From positions 23,836 to 87,835 of IMG/VR virus record IMGVR_UViG_3300033273_000513: 64,000 bases of DNA; one strand, written 5' to 3'. Shown piece by piece: positions 47,101 through 57,800 of this stretch (the first letter of the stretch is position 1; each line of letters opens with the position of its first letter). The stretch comes from a virus. Made by a program: the position numbers and the translations under genes. Under the pieces are notes generated by a model that was not told the origin of the DNA, ran no database searches, and worked only from the letters and a program-made list of their open reading frames with translations.

Positions 47101-50100
47101 GCTTCGGATGCTGGTGCGGTTGATGTCACTGCAAATACATTGATCATCAATAATCACTTCTTCACAACTGGTGAAGAACTTACTTACACTCCAACTGGCA
47201 CTGGTACAACAATGAGTATCGGTATCAACACCACATCTATTGTTGGTTTTGGAACTACAGATAAGTTACCATCTACTGTCTACGCAGTTAAGATTGCAGA
47301 GAACAAGTTTAGGGTAGCTGCAAGTGCAACAGACGCACTCTTGACTGTACCAAATACTCTTGACATCACTGCGGTTGGTGTTGGTACAACTCATGCGTTC
47401 ACATCTAAGAATCTTAACTCCAAGATGTTGGTGACTCTGGACAATAACATCCAAAGTCCAATGATTGAGTCTCCAATCAATTATGCACTTTCTTTTGATG
47501 TTGGGACAACCTCAGACTTTGTAACTATCTCTGGTATATCTTCTATATTCTCTGGAGATATTTTGAAGATTAATGATGAATTTATGAAGGTTGATACCGT
47601 TGGTATTGGTTCAACAAATCAACTCTTGATGAAGAGAGCTCAATTAAATTCTGCACTTGCAAACCATACTGCTGGTGCAACCGTTACTAAGTTTATTGGT
47701 AACTACAGAATTGTGGAAGATACAATCAACTTTACTGATGCACCTAAGGGTGAAAAGGGTCCAACTGGTTTGACGACCACTTCTACATTCGCTGCAAGAG
47801 CATTCACAAGAACAGGAACTAAGAACGGAACTCAAGATACTTATGCAAACAACTATGTGTTTGACAGTATTGAGAATCAGTTCACTGGTGTTGCGACTGC
47901 ATTTATTCTCAAGTCTGGTGGACAAGATGTCACTGGAATTGCAACAAATAACGGTGTCATTCTGATCAATGAAATCTTCCAAAATCCTGCAGCCCCTGAT
48001 GATTACATCATTACCGAAACTGCAGGTATTACTTCGATTAGATTTACTGGTGCAGGTACATCAGTAACTTATGATGTCAACTCTTCTTCTATTCCCAGAG
48101 GTGGCGTTATCGTTTCTGTTGGCGAAACATCCTCCTTTGGTTATCAACCTCTGGTAGCTGCTGGTGGTACTGCAATTGTTTCTGCTGCAGGAACAGTTGA
48201 GTCTGTTTCCATTGGTAATAGTGGTTCTGGATATCGAGTCGGAGTTCAAACAAATATTCTGGTCAGAGCTATCAGTTCCTCTGGAATTACAACCATCGGT
48301 CGTGCAAATGTCACCGCAGGTCTTGTTACTTCTGTTACCATCACTAATGGTGGTTCTGGATTTAGTTCTGCAACTCCACCAACCCTTGAATTTGAACAAC
48401 CACTCAATTATGAAAATATGAGACTGGTTGGAAGTTCAACTGGTATCGGTGCATCTGTATCGGTTCGTGTTGGATCTGCAACTAGTGTAATCAGTTTCAC
48501 TATTACAAATTATGGATACAACTATAAGATTGGTGATACTTTAAGACTTGCTACTGACAACCAAGCGGGTATTCCAACAGACGCTTCTGCTGGATCTGCA
48601 TTCAAGACATTTAGACTGACTGTTCAGGATGTCTTTAGAGATAGTTTCGGTGGTTGGTCGTTTGGTGAACTCGAAAAACTGAATACCTTCGAAGATGAAT
48701 TTGATGGTGTTAAGAGAGCGTTCGGTCTGACAAAGACTATCGGTGCAGCAGAAACACCAATCACTCTGAGATCTGGTAAAGGTTCTCCAATCAGGATCGA
48801 AGATAACGTTCTTATTTTCCTGAATGACATTCTTCAAGTTCCATCAGAAAGTTACAAGTTTGTAGGTGGTTCTAGAGTTGTATTCTCCGAAGCTCCTAAG
48901 TTTGGAGATAAGATAAGAATCTACTACTATCGTGGATCTGATAATGATGTGGTTGATGTTGATATTCTGGAAAATGTTAAGGTTGGAGATTCTCTGACAC
49001 TTAATGAATATCCAGAACTTGGAATTAAGGATGGTTTCCAACAGAATCCAAGAGTTGTTACTGGTATCACCACCACTGATAGTGTTTCTACCAATACATA
49101 TATTGAAGTTGGTATCACCACCAATGCCACTATATCGAGACCTGTCACCTGGAGAAAACAAACTTCGGATGTAGTTGTTGATGGTTTTGAAATTGGTAAG
49201 GACAGAGCTCTTCTTGAAGCAGGTATTAGACCAAACTCACGCATCATCAATAACGTTTCTGCGGCTGCAACTGAGGTGTTTGTTGATACTGCAGTTCCAT
49301 TGTTTGGTGAAATTGATGATCTTGGTGAAACCTTACAGAGTGTTCTTATCTTAGATCCTACAGAAAAAACAGGTGCAGCAGCCACTGCAATTGTCTCTGC
49401 CGCTGGAACTATTACCAGTTTCGTAATCTCTGATGGTGGTTCTGGATATACATCTGCACCTGTTGTTTCTATTGGTGTAACGGCTGGTATTGGAACAATC
49501 TTCGCTGGTATTGGAATCACAGTCAACACTAATGCAACCGCAGTTGCAGGTCTGTCTGGTGTAGGAACTGTTAACTCCTTGACCGTCACAAACGCTGGTG
49601 CTGGATATACAAATACAAATCCACCAGTTGTATTGATTGAACCAGAAGCTTTCGGTAATGATCAACTCACAAGTGTTAAATATGAAGGTGATTTCGGAAT
49701 TATCAGTGGTGTTGGCACAACCTCTGTTGTTGGTGTTGCAACCACAGGATTGACATTTGATCTATTCATTCCTCTTGATTCTCCATTGAGATCCTCTTCA
49801 ACAATGTCCACTCCTATCACATCTAGTGGTATTAAGACTGGTTATTACTTTGTTGTAACAGATTCTAATACTGGTGCGGGGGTAACTAGTGTATCAGGTA
49901 ATACCACTGTTGGTATTGGAACATCATTTATTGATAACATCTATAAAGTCGCTGCTGTTGAAAACATCACAGGTAATGCATATGGATTCGGAACAACCAC
50001 TTTGACAAGAGTCACAGTGAGTGTGATGTCTACTGAGGGTGTTGGTCTTGGAAATAGTGAGTTCTTCGGTAGATATTCCTGGGGTCGTTTGCACGACTTT

Positions 50101-50211
50101 GTTAAAGAAGGCACAACTGCATTCAATGTTATCAATACTGACGGTGTGGTTGGAATTCAAACTGGTCCAATCATCGTTAGAACCAGAGATTTGAAAGAGG
50201 CCTACATTTAA
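38128..50211 (+). CDS. gp7: Baseplate wedge initiator gp7 (4027 aa, repeat-expanded)
   Basis: KDFYKTKGT; DNDYYQTFSYS; HSPIIGWAYDGHPIYGPYG domain; lies between gp6 and gp8. Confidence 0.8.
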   Translation: MIDTSIQRVKISQVIENQLPEFVQAENPLFVDFMKQYYVSQEFQGGTVDLGENIDRYTKLQTFVGSATTVCTGLSTDTKSFSSTIHVDTTDGYPAKYGLLKIDDEIITYTGLTTNTFTGCVRGFSGVDSLKRSDRPDLLSFKSTVGAAHTGGTKVYNLSNLFLQKFFDKLKDTFANGFQNRTLTGDLDQVNFVRQVKDFYKTKGTEESYKILFKVLFGDDVNIIKPSDFLLRPSDADYRITNDLLVKVITGDPLSLKGSTLFQDKDEKDNRIQGASGAISEISDFVYGGDHYYQIGLSRESVEGSFVIPGRTRFTDNVSVGATVLTVDTTVGFPTTGVLNCIDKNGTIGVVTYTDKSSTQFIGVDPMITDYAIGNEVRYNNVAYGYSAANVNDKIEVVITGVLANMQLPPDGIYFEQGDKIRVGTPGLLTSPEDPNFNSWMHNVSIKHNPTVFEQTSTTGVYNVVTAAAHDFFEEDFVEVLDADENLLGVGRVSSVTSSSTFVLSDLPGLQPNIDLVEFIRRRLHRGNSTVHDNITKYTTDIQNSYDHETLNPLAKPPHPHVYVTSPSIPSLGGEPITVSDRSITWTGTTGGDIIQLIQVTDGSRDHGFYTGEVITFNVIQGVLGELEDGKNYFVKRENSNEIRLAGSLSDLVNEDYVRATGQGTFKISVPELANKKLENQKLLKRIPINPVYDGSLHETTPGPTGILMNGTEIQNYKSGDVILFGGINSIDVLFGGSNYDVINPPDVVIESTVGTGASATANVKGQFVRFDIIDPGFDYTEEPDIEITGGNGKNAVARAVLRQVDHFVDFDASSTGGRINISDNTIGFGTYHKFRDGEAVIYKTFEGTGAIGIASDSSVVGIQTNPDQRLVNDEVYFVSKVDASTIKLANTRDDAINKVNPLNITGFADGVQRFESFGKKKVLGRIIIDNPGEGYENKRRLIPVTGINTYSDYIEYQGHGFQDGEVVRYTNEGVRIGGLDTTQDYYVLKVNEDRFRLAAAGIGSTLSDANYITREYVGFNSVGEGEHVFNYPPISVKVKGTLGINTTGAESQNYHAQVNPVVRGSITSINMEESGIGYGSSTIFNFAIPPTVRVSSGSSSEYKAIVQDGRIDSVIITNKGEGYISPPDLTIFGDGVGAKVIASISEGRVDKVTVASGGVGYSTSQVVVSEQVPGTGVKFLTKVKSWNINNVQRYVDVFTQDDGFLTRGNNDIGMKFTSLYVPRSLRKVLKQKNSDNTYNYAQNDLSLVNNAEASASNHSPIIGWAYDGHPIYGPYGYDRKDGGVARVMRSGYSLKTSRTDGPPIDLYPLGFFIEDYEFLGKGDLDKNNGRFCVTPDYPDGTYAYFATINPDENDTSGTFKNFRSPVFPYLIGENYRAKPDNFNFVEVNDQRLDFSAIGLRRNSYPYKPTSANTDYDGYYSSRDKVTQEIEVNFAAKGDIRDYEVENRGTGYKVKDKLRLRTVDAGTGFEAQVSRVVGKKIVSVASTTVTVDNVVFDYNNRTGAVVGFSTQPHGLAIGDYITVSGISTDSLKQLTGTHRVGFNTSFLILNTGIGTTGTTGIVTDLSVSGNLNRLNIEPDDVVGIGTTTEQMLILNVDALNNSIRVKREHNNVVGSSYTGTSLITALNRVIQFNVGLNTDFITNRNTRTYFDPSETLSLGSTAGVGIGSTIRYTLGVVGGGSTDKFVLTQQALIPGHGFRTGQKLLYNNGEGTSIQVYNGISTFNLANNSIVYVINDGRDLIGLSTNPVSIGNTGQVVGVGSTAYRLFFTGHGSGRVHSLLEQDIEVTGRVEKNVGTVVCQENHGLLQNDIVSLSVTPGISTTYYVKYNDTSKRVIINPRNFGGAEINTTTDTINIPDHGYETGDKILYTSSNVATPLTTDTVYFVVRNDSNSFKLASTYYQATKAVPTIIGLTGTGSGHEVGLINPSITVARGYNVGFALSDPSLVQTVNGKKRQIFEFNLYEDKNFIKPYYSNPGEPFQVVGVGTVGVSTDARVNISITDSTPRELFYKLDNVNLDIVDASKKDPITDMDVVGFSRIQCDFSDYNSVFNVTGIGSTTFNFNIPFKPEKGSYTPEEATTLEYSTTATQVDGPIDSVQIISRGKNYTEIPVVASIASTSGVGGAIRLVSKNIGVPKTFTIKNVGFDYSADKTLEPSVLFPQILKLDRLSKVSNIGITSGGKNYLTPPTLIFIDRITGEVNTDIVTRTELQGTSVNGVELLRNTNRLFDSSPLVVATNNSNGFKVSDVSYQTSTRTVTLTLESGTVGFSTSTYPFTIGEKIFVEQIGIGSTGSGYNSTDYGYKNFTVTGVTTNFGGGGANVSYQLDPEVTNPGIYSDVGSSARVVRSADLPIFTVDVEPLNFAEGEIVTTGNKIGEVTIWNENNQYLKVISDDFFTVGETLNGQSSKTVGIIQEVNSSTAKFDIDATSEIRSGWQRDTGKLSEELQKTSDNDYYQTFSYSLGSTIEYDKWRDPVNALGHVVGFKNFSDHNIISIASTDAKNRRTANVGVASDVVSFLVDIVSDTTSIHEKYNFDLASENSLFIGNDLASDEIKFDNIILSDYSESRTNRAISIDGISDQFNDLPRATAFSDIADFNLEKIRGGKFYIMAFDTRFSGEKQILQMNLLHDDNLGYLVPFGRVETTIDLGEFDFTVSGSTGTIRFVPAKFRNNNYALRIFSQQMFIDTDTTVGFASTSVGTGYKIISSAAGIGSTDPESVCEVVAFSTTTTTTSKLLVLTEELGGQERSQLNELVIHQDGSEAYVLEYGQLLNDNVSSTNAPSVGLGTFGADVRSGIASVYFTPVAGVGVTMRVHQTAIDSSATGIGSTSVSLNQILTTTTNIASTGTPQATRISGFGSGSYQAADCLIEINDTTNNRSAVTQVTLLHDGSNIYFSEFGAFDTFNGSGIGTVGVGYSSVSGGDLELRLTPPANTAITTKVFQYNFTETGTGGVGFVTFTNSEIRSQDGTYTGTDNDVKFSFPLKHNGDSVFHKVFDASDAGAVDVTANTLIINNHFFTTGEELTYTPTGTGTTMSIGINTTSIVGFGTTDKLPSTVYAVKIAENKFRVAASATDALLTVPNTLDITAVGVGTTHAFTSKNLNSKMLVTLDNNIQSPMIESPINYALSFDVGTTSDFVTISGISSIFSGDILKINDEFMKVDTVGIGSTNQLLMKRAQLNSALANHTAGATVTKFIGNYRIVEDTINFTDAPKGEKGPTGLTTTSTFAARAFTRTGTKNGTQDTYANNYVFDSIENQFTGVATAFILKSGGQDVTGIATNNGVILINEIFQNPAAPDDYIITETAGITSIRFTGAGTSVTYDVNSSSIPRGGVIVSVGETSSFGYQPLVAAGGTAIVSAAGTVESVSIGNSGSGYRVGVQTNILVRAISSSGITTIGRANVTAGLVTSVTITNGGSGFSSATPPTLEFEQPLNYENMRLVGSSTGIGASVSVRVGSATSVISFTITNYGYNYKIGDTLRLATDNQAGIPTDASAGSAFKTFRLTVQDVFRDSFGGWSFGELEKLNTFEDEFDGVKRAFGLTKTIGAAETPITLRSGKGSPIRIEDNVLIFLNDILQVPSESYKFVGGSRVVFSEAPKFGDKIRIYYYRGSDNDVVDVDILENVKVGDSLTLNEYPELGIKDGFQQNPRVVTGITTTDSVSTNTYIEVGITTNATISRPVTWRKQTSDVVVDGFEIGKDRALLEAGIRPNSRIINNVSAAATEVFVDTAVPLFGEIDDLGETLQSVLILDPTEKTGAAATAIVSAAGTITSFVISDGGSGYTSAPVVSIGVTAGIGTIFAGIGITVNTNATAVAGLSGVGTVNSLTVTNAGAGYTNTNPPVVLIEPEAFGNDQLTSVKYEGDFGIISGVGTTSVVGVATTGLTFDLFIPLDSPLRSSSTMSTPITSSGIKTGYYFVVTDSNTGAGVTSVSGNTTVGIGTSFIDNIYKVAAVENITGNAYGFGTTTLTRVTVSVMSTEGVGLGNSEFFGRYSWGRLHDFVKEGTTAFNVINTDGVVGIQTGPIIVRTRDLKEAYI

Positions 50212-50212
50212 C

Positions 50213-50220
50213 TATAAATA
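50213..50220 (+). promoter_or_regulatory. Consensus T4 late promoter TATAAATA
   Basis: Perfect match 25 nt upstream of gp8. Confidence 0.85.
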
Positions 50221-50245
50221 AACAAAAAGCGTAAAGTTTTTAAAA

Positions 50246-51817
50246 ATGTCAGCTATTATAACTGATCAACTTCGTATTGTAAATTCTGGTAATTTTGTAG
50301 CTGGGGTTGCGTCCACTTCCAACAGTTATTATGTTTGGATCGGTTTGCCAAACGCAACCGAATTTGATGAAGATTGGAATGAGACTCCCCCAGCTCCAAA
50401 AGATTCTTTTAGTGAGGAGACTGATTATTGGGATACAATGATCGGATTGAAAAGAATCAATGCGGCAGATGTAACAAGAGTTGTAAGAAAACTAGATTGG
50501 ACTTCTGGTACGACCTATGAAATGTATCGAAATGATTATTCAAGGTCAAATGTTTCACCAGTAACAAGTTCTACTAACTTGTATGATGCCAATTATTATG
50601 TGATGAACTCTGATTATAGAGTTTATATTTGTCTGCAAAATGGTACAGACCCAGAAAACCCAGATGGAAGACCATCTCTTGACCAACCACTTTTCACGGA
50701 TTTAGAACCTCGTTCTGCTGGTGGTTCTGGTGACGGATATATTTGGAAATACCTCTTTACAATCAAACCAAGTGAACTGATTAAATTTGATTCTACAAGT
50801 TTTATCCCTGTACCTAACAACTGGGAAACTTTGACTGATGTTGCGGCAGTAAGAAATAATGCAGCCACTAGTGGACAATTAAAAATTGTCACCATTAAAA
50901 ATAGAGGTGTTGGATACGGTACTGCGACTACATATAACAATGTGCCAATCAAGGGTGATGGTGAGGGTGCAACTTGTTCCGTTGTTGTGAACGCTGCAGG
51001 TAAAATTAACTCTGTAGAAGTTACCAATGGTGGTTCTGATTACTCCTTTGGTAGTGTTGACCTAAATGCGGTTGGATTAACCAATCCATCTGGTTCGACC
51101 GACGCAGCTTTCAACGTGATTATTCCACCACAAGGTGGACATGGAGCAGATATCTACAGAGAACTGGGTGCAAATAGAGTTTTGATTTACTCTAGACTTG
51201 AAAATGATATTACAAACCCAGACTTTATCACTGGTAACCAGTTTGCAAGAATTGGTATTGTAAAGAACCCAGATGCTTATGGTTCTAGTAACAGATTGAC
51301 TCTTGCTAGAGCTAGTGCAACTTATGCATTGAAACTGACTGGTGCTGGTTCAACACAAACTACTTTCGGTGCAGACGACCAGTTTACTCAAACAATTGGT
51401 ATTGGTTCTACTGCTGTGGGTAGAACGATTAGTTGGAATTCTACAACTGGTGTGTTGAAATATTGGCAAGATAGAAGACTTGCAGGATTCAACACAGACG
51501 GAACGGTGAATACCAATCCAGAATATGGATTTAAATTATTCAGATTTAGTGCTGATCCAACCACTGGTGCAGGAACAACTGTTTTTGGTGGTACTAACAA
51601 TCTTAATATTGACACTAATTTTGGTACATCTGTTGCACCAGGTTTATCTACGTCAATAAATAATAGGACATACAACCTAGGTATGAGTTTCGTTAAGGGT
51701 ATTGCAAACCCCGAAGTTCAAAAGTACAGCGGTGAAATTATCTACGTGGATAATAGAGCATCTGTGACTCGCAGCTCGCAACAAAAAGAAGACATTAAAA
51801 TCGTACTGGAATTCTAA
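50246..51817 (+). CDS. gp8: Baseplate wedge subunit gp8
   Basis: MSAIITDQLR; DGYIWKYLFTI; SGEIIYVDNR...QKEDIKIVLEF. Confidence 0.9.
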   Translation: MSAIITDQLRIVNSGNFVAGVASTSNSYYVWIGLPNATEFDEDWNETPPAPKDSFSEETDYWDTMIGLKRINAADVTRVVRKLDWTSGTTYEMYRNDYSRSNVSPVTSSTNLYDANYYVMNSDYRVYICLQNGTDPENPDGRPSLDQPLFTDLEPRSAGGSGDGYIWKYLFTIKPSELIKFDSTSFIPVPNNWETLTDVAAVRNNAATSGQLKIVTIKNRGVGYGTATTYNNVPIKGDGEGATCSVVVNAAGKINSVEVTNGGSDYSFGSVDLNAVGLTNPSGSTDAAFNVIIPPQGGHGADIYRELGANRVLIYSRLENDITNPDFITGNQFARIGIVKNPDAYGSSNRLTLARASATYALKLTGAGSTQTTFGADDQFTQTIGIGSTAVGRTISWNSTTGVLKYWQDRRLAGFNTDGTVNTNPEYGFKLFRFSADPTTGAGTTVFGGTNNLNIDTNFGTSVAPGLSTSINNRTYNLGMSFVKGIANPEVQKYSGEIIYVDNRASVTRSSQQKEDIKIVLEF

Positions 51818-51822
51818 AGACT

Positions 51823-54800
51823 ATGCCACAGGAAACTAATCTTAACGTAAGTCCTTATTTTGACGATTTTGATAAGGACAAGAACTTTAAAAAAGTTCTA
51901 TTCAAACCAGGCACTCCAGTACAGGCTAGAGAACTTTCTACCTTGCAGTCGATTCTGCAAGATCAGATTGAACAATTCGGTGTTCACTTTTTTAAAGAGG
52001 GTTCTAAGGTAATTCCAGGTAACCTTACGTATAATCCAGATTATCAGTGTATTCAAATTGAATCAACATATTTGTCTGTTCCAGTTTCTTTGTATCTGGA
52101 ACAACTTGTTGGTAAAAGAATTACTGGCGAGAGATCTGGTGTAACTGCTCAAGTTGTTTCTGTTCTTACAGAAGAAGAATCTGAAAGAGGAATCATTACT
52201 CTTTATCTCAACTATGAGAGTTCTTCTACACTTGATAATGAAACGGAAACTTTCTTGAGTGGAGAGAGTCTTATTACACTTTCCAATATTACATATGGAT
52301 TAAGTGTAATTTCTGCAAACGAACCTTTTGCAAACACGATTGCGTCTGGAGCTAACCAAACAGGCACTGCTATGTCTGTTGGTGAAGGTGTTTATTTTGC
52401 CAGAGGTACGTTTGTTCAAGTTCCTAATGAAACTCTGATTCTTGATCAATATTCTCAAACTCCAACGTACAGAATTGGTTTCCAAGTATCGGAAGAAATT
52501 ATTACTTCTAATGAAGATGAGTCACTGAATGACAATGCGGCAGGATTTACAAACTTTGCAGCTCCTGGTGCGGATAGATTCAAAATTTCTTTAACACTTG
52601 CAAAGAAAGATATTGATGATATTGTCGATCCAGACTTTATCGAAATTGCTAGAGTCGTACAAGGCTCGATGCAAACTTTTGTGAAAGAGACTAATTATAA
52701 TTTAATTCGTGATGCGATGGCCAAACGGACTTATGATGAGTCTGGAGACTATTGTGTTGATCCTTTTGAAGTCTTCATGAAAGAGTCCCTGAATGATCAG
52801 GTAGGTAATAAAGGACTTTTCACAGACATTCAAACAACTCCCGATGGTAATGTTCCATCAGAAGATTTGATGATTGCTCAGGTAAGTCCTGGTAAAGCGT
52901 ATATCAAGGGATATGATATTGAGACTATTGCACCAACTCTCATTGATGTATCAAAAGCGAGAACAACCAAGTCGGTAAAACAAGAACCTATTACATATGT
53001 AACTGGTAATCCAATCTTCGTAAATAACGTATTTGGTTCTCCTGCAATCGGTATTGGAACTACAGCTACCGTATCTCTTATCAGTAGTAGAAGAAAAGGT
53101 GAGACCAATCTTGGTATCGATTCTTATGGTGAAGAAGTTGGTCTTGCCAGACTTTATGATTTTAAAGCACAGTCTGCAAGTTATGTAAACTCCTCTACAA
53201 TTTTTGAAAGTAGATTGTTTGACGTTAAGCTTTTCACTAAGCTTCAAGTAGGAACTGCAATCACTTCTATCACAGCATCTGATTATATTGAGGGTGCTAG
53301 AAGTGGTGCAGGTGGATTTGTCCGCACGGCTGGAACAAACGTAACGGAACTTACTCTATCTGATGTAAACGGACAATTCCTGAATGACGAAAACATTATC
53401 ATCAACGGAAATGCTGATGGTCGAACTATTACAAAAATTACAGACTTTAACATTGATGATGTAAAGTCCATGCGTAGTTACGTTGGTGTTTCTACGTTTG
53501 AAGCTGACTTGATTCTTGATGAAATCTCAAGACTCGATAATGTTACTACAGGTTCGTTTGAATACACTAAAACTAGTAGCACCACTGGTATCATCACTGC
53601 GACTGGAGGAAACTTTGCGGGTATTCTGACCACAGGTAACATTTTAAGTTATAGTCTTGGTTCAAGCAGGGTTCCACAATTCAACAGAGTTACTGGTGTC
53701 AGCACCACAGGTGATGAAGTATCGATTGCAGCTATTCCAAGTATTCCTAATGTTAATAATGGTTCTGTATCGAGTTCTAATAAAGTAACCATCACAGACC
53801 TGAGACGTAGAGATACAACTTTTGCTATTACGGAAAATACGTTGACAACACCTGTCAATAAACCAAACGTTGAAAGTCTTGATGTAACAACTACGAATAT
53901 TCAACTTAGAAAACAATATTCTGATATTACGGTTACAAATTCTGGATTTACTTCACCAGCTGCAGGTAAAGACTTGTTCTTCCAACCTTTTGATGAAGAG
54001 AGATATCTTATTTCATATGATGATGGAAGTATTGAACCACTGACTCCAAGTCAATTCACCAAAGCAGACGATTCGAAGACAGTTACTTTCACAGCTCTTT
54101 CCAAATCTAGCGGAAAGGCTAATCTGTTTGCAACTGTTCTTAAGTCCAATGTTAGAAACAAGTCGAAACTTCTGAATGAAGCAAATGTCTTGGTCATCAA
54201 TAGATCTAAATTAGCATCTTCTGGCATTGGCACAAACACTCTCAACGATGGTCTCACCAATAGTAGAGTTTATGGAACTAGAGTTCAAGACAGACAAATT
54301 TCACTGAACGTTCCTGAAGCTATTGAGCTTCTTGGCGTTTTTGAATCGAATGATGCTTCGGATCCCGATCTTCCAGGTATCACTCTTGGTGCATATTCTG
54401 GACCAAGTGGAAACAACAGTGACATGAGAATTGGTGAAAAACTGATTGGAATTGATAGTGATGCTGTTGCAGTAATTACAGAAAAACCAAATACCACCAC
54501 TGTCGGTGCTGTTTTTCTTAACGAAAACACATTCTCAATTGGTGAAAGGGTAAGAACCTCGACTACTAATATCACTGCGATTGTTGCTGGTACAACACCT
54601 GGAGACCGAAATGTAACCAATCAATATTTTATGGTTACAAACGATAAGGACACGTATTATGACTATTCATATCTTGAAAGAGATAAGAATGCTCCAGAAC
54701 CATCCAATAGACTGAAGATTGTATTTAAGAATTTGTTTGTAGAAGCTAGTGATGAGGGAGACTTTTACACAGCTTCTAGTTATCCTTCAAATCTTCCTAG

Positions 54801-57800
54801 AGAAATTATTCCAATCAATGGATTCTATGACAGAATTACTAGTGACCTGATTGATATCAGACCTAGAGTCAGTAATTACGATACTTCTTCATCAGTATCC
54901 CCATTTGATTTCGCTTCTAGATCATTTGCATCTACTGGAAGTAGTATCAATGATCCCATGGTTTCTGATGAACAAATCATCGTTGACTATGAGTATTATC
55001 AGGGTAGAAGAGATAGACTGTTCCTTGATAAGGATGGAAAGTTCCTTTATGTAACTGGATTCCCTTCAGATGATCCAACTGAACCAGAACCAGTAAAAGA
55101 TGCTATTGAAGTATGTAAGGTTGAAGTTCCTCCTTACGTCTACAATGTAAAAGACGTTACTGTTCGAACAACAGAACACAAACGTTACACCATGAAAGAT
55201 ATTGGTGGTCTTGAACAAAGAATTGAAAATATTGAATTCTATACACAACTGTCTCTCTTAGAAACGGAGACATCTAACCTCCAAATCGTTGATGCAAATG
55301 GACTTAACAGATTTAAATCTGGTTTCTTTGTAGACAACTTTAAATCTCACGATTCTCATCATATTGCACACGTTGATTTTTCTGCAAGTATTGACAGAAA
55401 AGAAGGTATTTTACGTCCAGGCCACTATACCACTGCTATTGACCTTATTCCTGGATCAGCGTCTTTAGTTGGAATCGGAACTAGTTCTAACCAAAACGTA
55501 GACCTTAATTTTGTTGATGATATTGATGGTCTTAATATTAGAAAGACTGGTAGTCTAATTACTCTTAATTATGAAGAAGTTGAATATTTTAAACAACCAT
55601 ATGCATCTAGGGTTGAAAACTGCACGCCATTCTTGGTTATCTTCTATGAGGGTGATCTTGAACTTACACCAAACTCTGACACTTGGGTTGCTACAAGAAG
55701 AGTTAATGCACAAACAGTCAACCAAACAGCTGCATTTGATGCTGCGACTGCTATTTTGGGTGTCAATGCTCAGACTGGACTTAGTGAAGTTGATTGGGGT
55801 GCATGGGAGACTACCTGGACTGGTGAAAGAGTCATTCGCAGAAGAGTTGAATCGACAACAACCAGAGGTGCAGCACAGACCAACGTAACTGGTGTTAACT
55901 TTACATCTAATACACAGAACACGGGTAGAGCAAATGTTGGAGCTCGTTCAGCTTCTGGTCGTAGTAGAGTTAACATTGGTCTTCAGAACTCTAGAACAAA
56001 CCTTGCAACTAGAACTACAACCACGACAACTAGAGACACTTTCCGTCTTGAAAGGACGATGGCAGACATCGAAACCACTACAAGACAGTCTAGAAATGGT
56101 ATTCAGTTCCAGATTACTCCCACAACCAATAGACAAAGCATTGGTGACAGAATTCTAAGTAGGGATATTGTTCCATTCATGAGATCTCGTAGTATTCAGT
56201 TTAGTGCTACGAAGATGAAACCGTTGACTCGTATCTATGGTTTCTTCGATGGTGTGAATGTAACCAGATATATGACACCAAAACTTCTGGAGATTTCCAT
56301 GACATCTGGAAGATTCAGAATTGGTGAAACTGTATTTGGATATACGACAAATGCCAGAAGAAGAGGCAGAACCCCAGATTTTATCTTTAGAATTTGTGCT
56401 CCAAACCATAAAGATGGACCATTTAATAGTCCTACTAATAGATATGGAAGAAATCCATATGCAAACGCAGGTAACATTCCAGCGAATTATTCCACTTCTT
56501 CTACTATTCTGAACGTTGATACATTCAGTCTTGCATCTCAAGCCCAGGGACAATTCCGTGGACAAGTCAGTCCTAACATGATTCTTGAAGGCCGAAGCAG
56601 TGGAGCTCAGGCCAGAGTGACTGATATTAGATTTATTACTGATAGTATCGGTAAATTACAAGGCACATTCCAAGTTCCTGATCCAGATAGACAGGCTAAT
56701 CCAAGATGGGAAACTGGTACAAAGACTCTTAAGTTCACTACTAGTAACACCAACAGTCTAATTGTTGGTACTGTTACAAGTTCTGCAGAATCTAACTTCT
56801 ATGCACAGGGTGAATTACAGACAGTTAGAGAAACTGTTTTGAGTACAAGAATTCCTCAAATTAGAAGAATTGATCATACAGAACAAAGAGTTCAAAACGG
56901 TAGAATTACAAGACAAGAAGGTCCTGATAGACTTACTGTAAACACGGAGGTTCTCGATCGAAACACACAGACTCAAACTGCTGCAATTGATACTCAACGA
57001 GTTAACAATATTAATCTCGATGTAACTGAACAAACTTTTGTTGATAGAAGACAATTTATCACACAAAATATTGACAGAAGACAGTTTATTACAAATAGGA
57101 TCACCAACGTTACACAAAATATTGACAGAAGACAGTTTATTACAATTAATAGGAGGAGAAGAAGAAGAGACCCTCTTGCTCAAACGTTCACTGTGGGTGA
57201 AACAACTGGTATGTTCATCACTGGTATTGATGTATTCTTCCAATCTAAGGATGAAACATTACCAGTAATCTTAGAAATGAGAACTGTTGAAACTGGTCTC
57301 CCAACTCAAAAGGTTCTTCCTTTTGGTACGGTTGAAAAAGAACCAGATGATGTAAATATCTCCGACGATGGATCTGTACCCACAAGATTTACTTTTAGTT
57401 CTCCAGTTTACTTGAACGGTGAAACCGAATATGCTGTTGTTTTGTTGAGTGATGTTACCACGTATAACGCATGGATTGCTAGAATGGGTGAGGTAGATAT
57501 CGCTACTAGAAATCTGCCAGATGCTCAACAAACAATCATCACTCAACAGCCATATCTTGGTTCACTGTTTAAATCTCAGAACGGTGGAACATGGGATCCA
57601 AGTCAATATGAAGACTTGAAGATGACTCTCTATTCAGCTAAATTCGATAATTCGACTGGTATTGCTAGATTCTACAATCCAAAACTTGATGAGGGTAACA
57701 AACAAATTATTACTCTTCCAGAAAATCCGATCAGGATTCTCTCTAAAAAGGCTACCGTTGGACTTGGAACAACCTTTGCTTCACCAGCTGGATTCATCCC

